Shown here one piece after another: positions 1 to 11,310 of a stretch of 64,000 bases of DNA. The notes below the pieces were generated by a model. It had not been told where the DNA came from. It ran no database searches and saw only the letters and a program-made list of their open reading frames with translations. Positions within the stretch are counted from its first letter, which is position 1; every line of letters begins with the position of its first letter. The position numbers were made by a program, and so were the translations under genes. Origin of the DNA: Pecten maximus. Its lineage: Eukaryota. The stretch is taken from NCBI RefSeq assembly GCF_902652985.1, contig NC_047019.1, forward strand, positions 3,100,001-3,164,000, given 5' to 3'.

Positions 1-151
1 ATTAAGAGATATACATGTATCATCTTACCATCACATTGTTACATGACAGAATACAGTGGTCTTTACCATACAGATGTATGGTATCTTCTGTTTTGTTTAT
101 CTTTGGTACCTGCTGTAGTGGTCGGTAGTGTAAACTTGTTGTTTATTTCAG

Positions 152-3100
152 GAGAGTGTCGCAGCAGAAGCTTGGCATAAGTATGAAGCATTAACAGCCA
201 GTCTGTCTCAGGAACTGTGTGAGCAACTACGACTGGTACTGGAACCATCCCAGGCCACAAAACTCAAGTAAGTATCCCTTACCAGGCCACAAAACTCAAG
301 TAAGTATCCTTTACCAGGCCTCAAAACTCAAGTAAGTATCCCTTACCAGGCCTCAAAACTCAAGTAAGTATCCCTTACCAGGCCACAAAACTCAAGTAAG
401 TATCCCTTACCAGGCCACAAAACTCAAGTAAGTATCCCTTACCAGGCCACAAAACTCAAGTAAGTATCTGTGACCAGGCCACAAAACTCAAGTAAGTATC
501 TGTTACCAGGCCACAAAACTCAAGTAAGTATCCGTGACCAGGCCACAAAACTCAAGTAAGTATCTGTTACCAGGCCACAAAACTCAAGTAAGTATCCCTT
601 ACCAGGCCACAAAACTCAAGTAAGTATCTGTTACCAGGCCACAAAACTCAAGTAAGTATCTGTGACCAGGCCACAAAACTCAAGTAAGTATCCCTTTCCA
701 GGCCTCAAAACTCAAGTAAGTATTCCTTACCAGGCCACAAAACTCAAGTAAGTATCCCTTACCAGGCCACAAAACTCAAGTAAGTATCTGTTACCAGGCC
801 ACAAAACTCCAGTAAGTATCTGTTACCAGGCCACAAAACTCAAGTAAGTATCCCTTACCAGGCCACAAAACTCAAGTAAGTATCCGTGACCAGGCCACAA
901 AACTCCAGTAAGTATCCCTTACCAGGCCTCAAAACTCAAGTAAGTATCTGTTACCAGGCCACAAAACTCAAGTAAGTATCTGTTACCAGGCCACAAAACT
1001 CAAGTAAGTATCTGTGACCAGGCCACAAAACTCCAGTAAGTATCCCTTACCAGGCCACAAAACTCAAGTAAGTATCTGTTACCAGGCCACAAAACTCCAG
1101 TAAGTATCTGTTACCAGGCCTCAAAACTCCAGTAAGTATCTGTTACCAGGCCACAAAACTCAAGTAAGTATCTGTTACCAGGCCACAAAACTCAAGTAAG
1201 TATCTGTTACCAGGCCACAAAACTCCAGTAAGTATCCCTTACCAGGCCACAAAACTCAAGTAAGTATCCCTTACCAGGCCACAAAACTCCAGTAAGTATC
1301 TGTTACCAGGCCTCAAAACTCAAGTAAGTATCCCTTACCAGGCCTCAAAACTCCAGTAAGTATCTGTTACCAGGCCACAAAACTCAAGTAAGTATCTGTT
1401 ACCAGGCCACAAAACTCAAGTAAGTATCCCTTACCAGGCCACAAAACTCAAGTAAGTATCCGTGACCAGGCCTCAAAACTCAAGTAAGTATCCCTTACCA
1501 GGCCTCAAAACTCCAGTAAGTATCTGTTACCAGGCCACAAAACTCAAGTAAGTATCTGTTACCAGGCCACAAATCTAAAGTAAGTATCTGTGACCAGGCC
1601 ACAAAACTCCAGTAAGTATCCCTTACCAGGCCTCAAAACTCAAGTAAGTATCTGTGACCAGGCCTCAAAACTCAAGTAAGTATCCCTTACCAGGCCTCAA
1701 AACTCAAGTAAGTATCTGTTACCAGGCCACAAAACTCCAGTAAGTATCCCTTACCAGGCCTCAAAACTCAAGTAAGTATCTGTTACCAGGCCACAAAACT
1801 CAAGTAAGTATCCCTTACCAGGCCTCAAAACTCAAGTAAGTATCTGTTACCAGGCCACAAAACTCAAGTATCTGTTACCAGGCCACAAAACTCCAGTAAG
1901 TATCCGTTACCAGGCCACAAAACTCCAGTAAGTATCCGTTACCAGGCCACAAAACTCCAGTAAGTATCCCTTACCAGGCCACAAAACTCAAGTAAGTATC
2001 TGTTACCAGGCCACAAAACTCAAGTAAGTATCTGTTACCAGGCCACAAAACTCAAGTAAGTATCCCTTACCAGGCCTCAAAACTCAAGTAAATATCCCTT
2101 ACCAGGCCTCAAAACTCAAGTAAGTATCCCTTACCAGGCCACAAAACTCAAGTAAGTATCCTTACCAGGCCACAAAACTCAAGTAAGTATCCTGTTACCA
2201 GGCCACAAAACTCAAGTAAGTATCCCTTACCAGGCCACAAAACTCAAGTAAGTATCCCTTACCAGGCCACAAAACTCAAGTAAGTATCTGTTACCAGGCC
2301 ACAAAACTCAAGTAAGTATCTGTGACCAGGCCACAAAACTCAAGTAAGTATTCCTTACCAGGCCTCAAATCTAAAGTAGATATCTCTGTCAATTTTGATA
2401 TTTTCTCTCAGACTTTTACCAGTGAAACATATAGGGCGAACTTGATTCTGACGTGCCAATGGCAAGGCAGGAAGGCGGTAAAATTACTTGATTGTGTCCC
2501 AAATAGGTGCGCGCGCCTGTCAGGCTATTTTAGTCATCATATATATTACAAAATTCGCCCATAACAAACCTCAAAAACCATCCATGACAGCTTTACAAAA
2601 CTTTATAATCATACACATGATGTCATAACCTTGTGCTCCAGTACTAATATGTCTTGTCCTATTGGTGCAGTCTCAATTTTTATACTTCTATTGTTGCCAT
2701 GGAATCTGAAATCAAAATTAATAATTTCAAGAAAAAAAATTCAGGATCAGTTGAAAAAAGCTTCCACAATATGTACGTATATATACAAAGTCATTACTCT
2801 TCAGATGTCGTCACCTTCAACATCTCCCTTAGGTTAAGTTAGTGGGCAATCTGAATGGCACTTTTGTAGGGAAATAAATGGCCAGTAATGATTAATATTC
2901 GTAAATTTCTTTGCTTCCAGGGGCGACTACAGAACTGGAAAGAGGCTGAATATGAGGAAGGTCATTCCGTACATTGCCAGTCAGTTCCGTAAGGACAAGA
3001 TTTGGCTACGTCGCACCAAGCCAAGCAAACGGCAGTACCAGATCATGCTGGCTATCGATGATTCCTCTAGTATGGTGGATAACCACTCCAAGCAGGTATA

Positions 3101-6100
3101 CATACAGTTGAAATTAACACAGGGATTTTTTACTGTTCAGTCTTACTTATCGCTGTTCAAAGTTTTTAAGTATACTAACTGCTGTTTTAGTTTTACTGCA
3201 TTTCTTTCACGGAAGCACAAAAAACTTTAAATTATTTTAGGTTGAGCTCGCCGGGACGACGTCCAGGGGAGCTGTCGCTGTATTTCTAGAATCATCTATA
3301 GGGTTTAATAAGTTTTTATAAAACAGTTTTGTATCAATGCTAATGAGGATACAGCTTAGGTATTTAAGATGTATTCCTTGTTACAAGACCTTTCTATTGG
3401 TATTGATATATTTTCAGACCTGCTGACCTTGACTGCGACCTTTGACCTACTTTAAAAAACCTTTAACCTTGCCCACAGTATGTTATCCATATGAGATAGG
3501 GCGTTCATATATGAACATGGCATTGCGTGTTCCTTTGTGACAACACCTTTCCATTTAGTACTACATGTACATTTGCAGACCAACTGACCTTGACCCTGAT
3601 CTACTTTTAAAAAAAATTATTCTAAATTTCACCCCACACAATGAGTTATGTTGTCTTCCGACAACACTTGTTGTATTTGATTATAGTCCAAGTGTTACAT
3701 TTCAGCTTGCGTATGAATCCTTAGCGTTGATTGCCAATGCCTTGACGTTACTGGAATCTGGAGAGCTGGGTATTTGCAGGTGAGGCAGAAATTATCATTC
3801 TTTTGTATAAAAAGTACTAAAAACAGTGGATCTTGTCTAAAATGACATTAAGGAGGATTGAAAGCAGTGTTGGGGAACCTGTCTAATCTGACAGGAAGTA
3901 GGGCTGGATCTTTTGGTCAGATAGGACAGTGTGTCAGTAAACCTTTCTTAACTGACAAGATGAACTTGTCTAGAGTAATTAATCTTTAAAGACAGAGTCG
4001 GGAAACCTGTCTAATCTGACAGGAAGGAGGGCTAGGTCATTTGGTCAGATAGGACAGTGTGTGATCAGAAAACCTTTCTTAACCGACACCATGGATCATC
4101 TGGTTAGATTAAACCAGTCTTTACCAAAATGAAATAACTGTATTTTGTTATTTAAGACCAGATCATTTTGAATAAAGCTGGAATAGTCTATTGGGAACAT
4201 GGAATGTTGATAGGAGGAAATGTCCATGGAGTCTGGTGTTGGTAAAACTACAAAACTGCTTATATAAATAGGGGATATAGTATTCATTTGATCCATCAAT
4301 AAGCTGTCTTGTCTGATCCATCACTAAGCTGTGTCTTTATTTGATCCATCAATAAGCCATATTTTTATTTATCCATCAATAAGCTGAAAAATGTTGTTTT
4401 TAAAAAGTTTTTGTGGTTTTTTTTCAGTTTTGGAGAAAGTGTTCGTCTGTTGCATCCATTCACAGAACAGTTCACTACTCAATCCGGCGCCCGACTTTTA
4501 CAACACTTCACGTTTGAGCAGAAGAAGACCAAGATTGCACAGGTAGCAAAAAAAATTATCTAAACTCAGAATTTCCACAAGACAAACATTGTGGATGCAC
4601 AAATTCATGAAAGCAATCCTCAGATAACATTTTATATTGCATTTAATGTTTTTCACATTACCCTAAAATATGACAGTTCAACAATATGTTTTCACAATAA
4701 TATTTATTTTTTATCAGAAAGGATTTTCACAACAGTTTTACAGCATCTTACATTTGATATTGTGCTACAGTAGGATATTTCAAAAATATGCATGTTTACT
4801 TTAACCAAACTTTTTATCAGACTCAATAAGATTTTCACAACTTCTAAAATTTGAAATTGCACTAAAATCTGAAGGTTCAAATGTATATATTTTGGAGATA
4901 GGGTGATCTAGTGGTAGGATGCAGGGCTACATATATGTGACTGAAAGGTCACTATTTTGAGTCCTGGCACGAGTGCCCTGTTGTATCTTTGAACACGATA
5001 ATTAACTCAGTTGACTCAACTGTAAATAAGTATGTGGTATAGCAGTGCAAGAAATCACTGTGTAAGCGGTTAGTGCCAAAATGGCATCTTTTGTTGTATG
5101 TTCCCCAGAGATTTGAGAAAGACATTTTCTGGTGATTAACTAAAGGCCCAATAACCATGGATACTAATTTGTTAATCACTTTGAGATGTGGCTGTGTTAC
5201 TGCGATATAGCGGTATATAAAATCCCTGAATATTATTAGATTACATGTATATATGTTTACACTATCAAATTTGTATAATACATTATTTTCACAACTTTTT
5301 TACAGCTTCTCAAACAGATTACAAGTCTGATGGTGGATGCACGGTCTAGACAGCAGGGCATGCTGGGTAATCCGGACACCTCCCAGCTGTTACTAATCGT
5401 GTCTGATGGGCGGGGATTGTTTGTCGAGGGTATGGAGACGGTGAAGGCCGCGGTGAGACAGGCCAGAGAAGCCAGACTTTTCCTTGTCTTTGTTATCATC
5501 GACAACCCCGAAAATAAGGTAACAGCCAGCTGACATTCTCCAACCTTTCTTAAGACATACACGAACTGAGAATCAGTGCAGCATTAAATTATATAGGTCA
5601 CTATGACCCAATTCTGGTATAATTCATGATGACCCAATTCCCATATAGTTCATGGTGACAAAAAACCTCATCTAGTTCACGGTGACTCAATTCTCATATA
5701 GTTCATGGTGACAAAAAACCTCATCTAGTTCACGGCGACCCAATTCTCATATATGTACAGTAAAACTCACTTGTGTCGAACACGGTTGAATCGAATACAT
5801 CGGATGAGTCGAACATTTCGTTCGGTCCCGATTTTTTCCCTTCTTTATCTTAGTAAATTAAGCACGGATGATTCGAACACTGTTGAATCGAATACTGCGG
5901 TTGTGTCGAATATATTTTGTGGTCCCTTCCTTCTAAACTATACCAAAATTTCCATTTTTGTGTCGAACATCGAGGCGTCATACCGTCTCAGGTAAAATTT
6001 GCTGGCCTCGTCTCAATGACCGAGTGTAACCGATCACCCGTAACGGTGTTACCAGAGCCTATTGTTAGTTTCCGGCTGTCGGTCCCACACCATCCCATTG

Positions 6101-7379
6101 TTTATACAGGTGCACAGGTGAAGTAAAACGCTCAGGTATACATAACTAAGAATAAAATGTGCACGTTTTAGTCTACAAACCAATATGTGTTCTGTTTACT
6201 GTTTTGATACACATGACCGCCGAAAAAAATAAGGAAAAAGTAAACGATAAACTACATTATCTTCCATCGAAAAATACAAAGAAAAAATACCTGTATGTCA
6301 TTGATTTATTTATATATGCCTAAATTCTGAATACGAAGATCCAATAGTAACAATTGTAGAACAATATACATGTAAATGGATTTTAGCTTAAATAATATGA
6401 GTACAAGATATACATTTATATTCTTATAATGTATGTAACGTTTTCATAGAATATTATGTTGTCATTGTACGACTTCCGTGTGTAAATCGATCGTGTGTCT
6501 ATGTCAAAGATGATTTTACGCATGAACTTTGTTTTGATCTGTAATTATAACTGTACACAATATTGTTTATCAGATAAAGGAATAATTGTTATCATGTACC
6601 ATTAATTAATTTCTTTGTTATTATTTATTGCTTATTTTTGACTATGTTATGCAAGCACTTGTTCTGCATACAACCAATGATAGTCGGGTATTTTGTCACC
6701 GTATACAAACACGGATAAGTCGAACCATCGGATAAGTCGAATATTTTGCTTGGTCCCGTCGACTTCGACTTATCCGAGTTTTACTGTAGTTCATGGTGAC
6801 AAAAAACCTCATCTAGTTCACGGCGACCCAATTCTCATACAGTTCACGGTGACCCAATTCTCACACCACTGAGTTAAGATTTCACATTCAGTCCCAGCTC
6901 TATAAAACATTTTCTAGTTTTGTAAGAGATACATTTTCAAAGAATACATGTTTTATCAAATTCTGACTGCACTTTCTTGTTTTTTAGGATTCGATATTGG
7001 ATATCCGAGTCCCAGTGTTTAAGGAAGGTGGACAGGTAAGATTAATGTGGCTGTTTTAGTCAACAGCTTCATCCTCAACCTGTATTATATCGGTTTGATT
7101 TTTAGCGAAATGATAAAAAGCTGTTATAATAATGTGATTATATTTACTATAAAGCAGTTATCCTATTTTTGCTGTAGATGTCAGAGAACATATTTAATTT
7201 AATATGCAATTATTTTTCAATAAATCAATTTCCTATCTTTACTGTAGATGCCGGAGATCAAGTCTTACATGGACCATTTTCCGTTCCCGTTTTACATCAT
7301 ACTGCGAGATATCAACTCCCTTCCCAGCGTGCTGTGTGATGCCCTCAGACAATGGTTCGAACTTGTCACTTCTGTGTGA
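152..7379 (+). CDS. MDN1: Midasin (AAA ATPase, 60S biogenesis), 3' part: last 7 coding exons encoding the C-terminal MIDAS/VWA domain; 5' part lies outside the window
   Basis: Exons 152-267, 2921-3095, 3706-3779, 4428-4542, 5306-5518, 6988-7035, 7248-7379, all GT-AG with consistent phases (873 nt). Spliced peptide ...LSQELCEQLRLVLEPSQATKLKGDYRTGKRLNMRKVIPYIASQFRKDKIWLRRTKPSKRQYQIMLAIDDSSSM...LLLIVSDGRG...DSILDIRVPVF...FPFPFYIILRDINSLPSVLCDALRQWFELVTSV* matches the midasin C-terminus (DDSSS MIDAS motif). Confidence 0.97.
251..2377 (+). repeat. 32-bp minisatellite (about 66 copies) made of the MDN1 exon end plus its 5' splice site
   Basis: Unit CAGGCCACAAAACTCAA|GTAAGTATCCCTTAC with variants (tctgttac, ggcctc, ctcca); the first copy is the real exon end and donor at 267/268. 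Confidence 0.97.
3236..3672. mobile_element. Probable non-autonomous interspersed element (Helitron/Helentron-like, mollusc type)
   Basis: Ends GAGCTCGCCGGGACGACGTCCAGGGGAGCT (hairpin-like) and TTGTCTTCCGACAACACTTGTT; internal TGACCTTGAC motifs. Family assignment is from recall. Confidence 0.4.
3872..4092 (+). repeat. Direct duplication of about 90 bp, spaced about 128 bp apart
   Basis: AACCTGTCTAATCTGACAGGAAG...TTTGGTCAGATAGGACAGTGTGT...AAACCTTTCTTAAC occurs at about 3876 and 4005. Confidence 0.85.
4286..4386 (+). repeat. Short tandem repeat of about 26-30 bp
   Basis: (T)GATCCATCAATAAGC x4. Confidence 0.75.
4898..5235 (+). mobile_element. Degraded SINE-like element
   Basis: A-box-like GGTGATCTAGTGGTAGG, decayed B-box, CCTGTTGTATCTTTGAACACGATAATTAACTC core and a GCGGTATATAAAAT-type tail. 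Confidence 0.4.
5596..6865 (+). repeat. Minisatellite (26/53-bp units) split by a DNA transposon
   Basis: TAGTTCATGGTGACAAAAAACCTCATCTAGTTCACGGCGACCCAATTCTCATA occurs at 5596-5752 and resumes at 6787-6865. Confidence 0.85.
5758..6786. mobile_element. Non-autonomous Tc1/mariner-pogo-type DNA transposon (about 1.03 kb)
   Basis: TA|CAGTAAAACTC ... GAGTTTTACTG|TA terminal inverted repeats with TA target duplication; subterminal CGGAT(A/G)AGTCGAA motifs at both ends; no transposase ORF. Confidence 0.85.
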
Positions 7380-8150
7380 AGCATTCATACGACAGTTCAG
7401 ACATTTTACTTCTGCCCCACAGCTTCAGAGAATGATTCTGGCTTGTTAGTTTAGGGTGATGCCCTCAGACAAAGGATCAGACATTTTACATCAGCCAGAC
7501 ACACTCGAACACTGGTTCAAGCCCGTCACTCGATGCCATCGGACAATGATTCAAATGTGTTACTTTTGCATCAAGTCCTCTGATGCCCTCAGACAACGGT
7601 TCAAATGGTTACCTTTGAATCAAGGCCTCCGGTGCCATAAGACAATGGTTCAAACATTTTACATCAGCAAGACACACTCAAACAGTGGTTCAAGCCAGTC
7701 ACTCGATGCCATCGGACAATGATTCAAATGTATTACTTTTGCGTCAAGTCCTCCAATGCCATAAGACAATGGTTCAAACATTTTACAACAGTGAGACACC
7801 CACAAACAGTAATTCAAGCTTGTCACTCGATACCCTCAGACAACGGTTCAATTGTTACCTTTGCATCAAGGCCTCAGATGCCCTCAGACAATGGTTCAAA
7901 CATTTTACCTCGGCGGGACAGCCTCAAACAGTGGTTCAAGTTTGTCACTTGATGCCATCGGACAATGATTCAAATTTGTTGCTTTTGCGTCAAGGCCTCG
8001 GACAATGGTTTTAGTGCATTATACCTGCTACCCCCTCAAAGTGTCTTATAAACTTGCTGTTTCTCTGTGATGACACCAGACAGTAGTTAGAAACTTGTTG
8101 ATCCCTGTGTTACTTGTGTGTGATGCCTTCAGACAGTCGTTCAGATAGGT
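7336..8150 (+). repeat. Diverged tandem array in the MDN1 3' UTR derived from the last codons
   Basis: GATGCCCTCAGACAATGGTTC (codes DALRQWF) recurs about 10 times; ORF-track peptides read DALRQRFK, NAIRQWFK, DALRQWFK. Confidence 0.85.
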
Positions 8151-10974
8151 AAATCGTGATAATATATAGTCCTGATACATGTACGAATAAATAAAGGTTC
8201 ATTGTACAAAATAATGTAATTTAGCTTATCTAATGAAATATTCATGCATATACATGTATACAAGTTTCACACTCAGGTGTTCAAATGTGTTACGTCTGTC
8301 AAAAATAAGTAAATTCTTAAGATGATTTTAATAACATGAACAGGCTGCTATGCAGTGATGTATGGAAAATGTATCGCCAACTGGAATAATTTGACTTTTG
8401 CAGAAATTTACAGCATTGACAGATATTTTGGTGTTTTTCAATTGTTTAAAGTTGATTGATGCAATAAAAGGTGTCTTGAATATACAATGTAAGTAATTAA
8501 AATTGTTCCAATTTCATCTTATACAACAATGTATATTGATTGTAACAAAAATTGTTGAGAAGACATTTGAAATATTCTACTTAAATGTAAATGTCCCGAA
8601 ACATTTGACATGTCAGAGTATTTTTAGTAAATGTATTACAGGTACATTGACTCAGTCAGCATTTTAAATTCTGTTTAAGATTGTTAATGTTGTTATAAAA
8701 CTAGTACATGTACATAACTTATTTTTATTCTTGTCATGTTTGTTCACATTAAGGTGTGACAATAGAACGAGAGGTATGAAGTCTTGTCAGTGTGAATGAT
8801 TACTGAATGTCAGAGCGGCTTACACTTGTGGCGTGTATATGCCATAGTCTTGTTAAGGAATAAAATACTGTTTTATCATATAGATGTTTGCTGTGTGATT
8901 ATTTTATTTTCTAATCTAGGTGCTATATATTTGTAATACTCTGCTGAAGAAAATTTAAAATTCCTAGAAATACTACGTATATGTACAACTACTTTATGAA
9001 TCAATAAGATCTAAGACCAAGAAATGATTGTCTTGAAAAATATTTTACCAGATCAAGTATAAAATTTGCCGTAACAGGTTTGTGATATTCTGTTTAAATA
9101 TTCAGACATGATGAATTAACTCTCACAATATAGGGCGAAAGCTGGTTACAGCAAGTCAGGGGGGCTGTAATAACTCAAGTCAGAATGCCGACCACGTAAC
9201 CTCAGGTGAATGTCTGCAGCGTCTTGGTTCAACGCTCCATAGACGTGTTAGTTTATGTTTCTCAAGAAGCCGAGAAACGGGCTGGTCTGTGCTGTCGTGG
9301 TTGTATCCTTCGGAAAAACACTTTACCCTAATCTGAACGGCATGTGACAGGCTTCTCATATATTGTCCAGTGAGGTAGTCACCAACTACTACAAGGAGAA
9401 CCTGCCTCCAAATAAGCTAGAGGAGCAGTCACGAAATTGATTAGTATTTAAATACTAAGACAAATTACTAGGACAAAATCTGTAGTCATATTATTCTTTA
9501 ATAGATTTTTTTCTAAATTGATGACATTCCAGAATGCATCTTGAAACATATTGTTAAGATACACTGTAAATGATGTATATCTATATTTACTTAATACATT
9601 ACATGTATTACTTACTTAATACATTACATGTATTGTTTTACTATCACAAAGTGCCATCAGAATTTGTAACACATTATCTACAAAATGACGATTCCTGGAG
9701 TCTATTACAAATCATGACAAGTACGTATACTATAACAGTGAAATGGAGATGAAAACAACTTTTAACAATTATATTGTATACACAGTAAAGTTACCACCAG
9801 AGGTTTTACAGGGATTTAGACGAAAACCAAATGGTAACGAGACAGTGGGCTAAAACTATGCCTATAATATGCCCTGTGTAATTTATAATTCATTGCAATA
9901 CATTTTTGTGTGAAGAGCATCTTCAAGATACATTCTAGCACACAATGAACAATTCAATGTGCAACACTATCCTCCAGATACAATTATACAAGTATATCAG
10001 TTTTGTATGAAGAGAGGTCTTTTAGGCATGTGTTGGTTTGAACAGACTATCCTTGAGATCCAATCAAAATGCAACTTTTAAGTTTCTTAAAGCATTTTTC
10101 TAGAAACACAAGAAACGTACAACACATAACGGTATGGATAATTTATGGGAGATGTGTCTCTAGCACCAAACAATTTTTTGGACACGCATGTCCATCCTAT
10201 ATAAGGGGATTTGTTCTAACTTGCATGTGCTCTCGTGGCGTAGAGGGAATGTCCTCAAGATATGCTGGATTATGGGGTCCCGATCTAGAGTATCCTTCAC
10301 AAGATAAACCCTAATACATTACATTGTAATGTAGGAACTGTCACAAACATGTAAAATCAATTAATTATGTAGAGGGATGCTGCAAAGAGATACATACTCC
10401 GGGATACCACTTGGAGATCTGAGAGCGTAGTGCACTAGCAGGTCAATTTCAAGAGAGAGTATTCTTAACAGATAGGTACTCTATTTTGTCACTATTTGAG
10501 TTTTTGTATAGAACAATATTCATTACAAGTGTTCTTTGGCATATCACTTTGTGCTAGGAAAATGTCCTTCAACAGTTCAGTACTCTGTCCATCCCTTTTG
10601 GGCTCAAAGAGCATCGTTAATGAGATGAACCAGTACAACACCTGAGTGTTGAGTGTTCATCTTTCTTCACAAAATCGCAATACACTTTGTGGTGTGGACA
10701 CCTCCTCACTATGTTTACGGGCATACTCTAGCACACATCACTTACAGGCCCAGTGGGCATCTTTTACAAGGCTTGCTCTATCTAACACACAAAGGTAATT
10801 CACACACCGGGTGGAGTCAAGAATTACTAGATGTATCAATGTTCCAACGGATTTCTTTATATGAACATGTCACGGTTCAATGAAAATGCACCACAGTTCG
10901 GTGAACACAATATACTATTCAGTGGAAAAAAGACAAATCCATGAACACACATGCTGCCTCTAGTACGACTCCTT

Positions 10975-11310
10975 CCATTATGAGTCCCCGTCAGATTTAA
11001 AGGTTCGGACTGTGGTCAGGTGTGACTTCTTCCTTTACCAGTCCCCGTCAGATTTTAAGGCTCAAGAGTGTGGTCAAGTGTGACCCCTTCTATTACGAGT
11101 CCCTGTCAGATTTTAAGGCTCAAGAGTGTGGTCAAGTGTGACCCCTTCTATTACGAGTCCCTGTCAGATTTTAAGGCTCAAGAGTGTGGTCAAGTGTGAC
11201 CCCTTCTATTACGAGTCCCTGTAAGATTTGAAGGCTTGGAGCTTGGTCCAGTGTGACCCTCCATAACGAGTACCCGATCAGATTTGAAGGCTCAGAGCGT
11301 GGTCCAGTGC
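10975..11310 (-). repeat. About 58-bp tandem repeat (about 6 copies) derived from the PAXBP1 last codons plus stop
   Basis: Plus-strand unit ACGAGTCCCTGTCAGATTTTAAGGCTCAAGAGTGTGGTCAAGTGTGACCCCTTCTATT; the copy at 11278-11310 is the real CDS end (..DHALSLQI*). Confidence 0.9.

Noticed and set aside
251-2377. CRISPR array (32-bp repeats)
   Set aside because: Units are contiguous with no unique spacers, there are no cas genes, and the context is a spliceosomal intron.
7456-8014. Overlapping ORFs with midasin-like DALRQWF peptides as extra exons or a paralogue
   Set aside because: They lie after the true stop at 7377-7379 and arise from the UTR tandem repeat in mixed frames.
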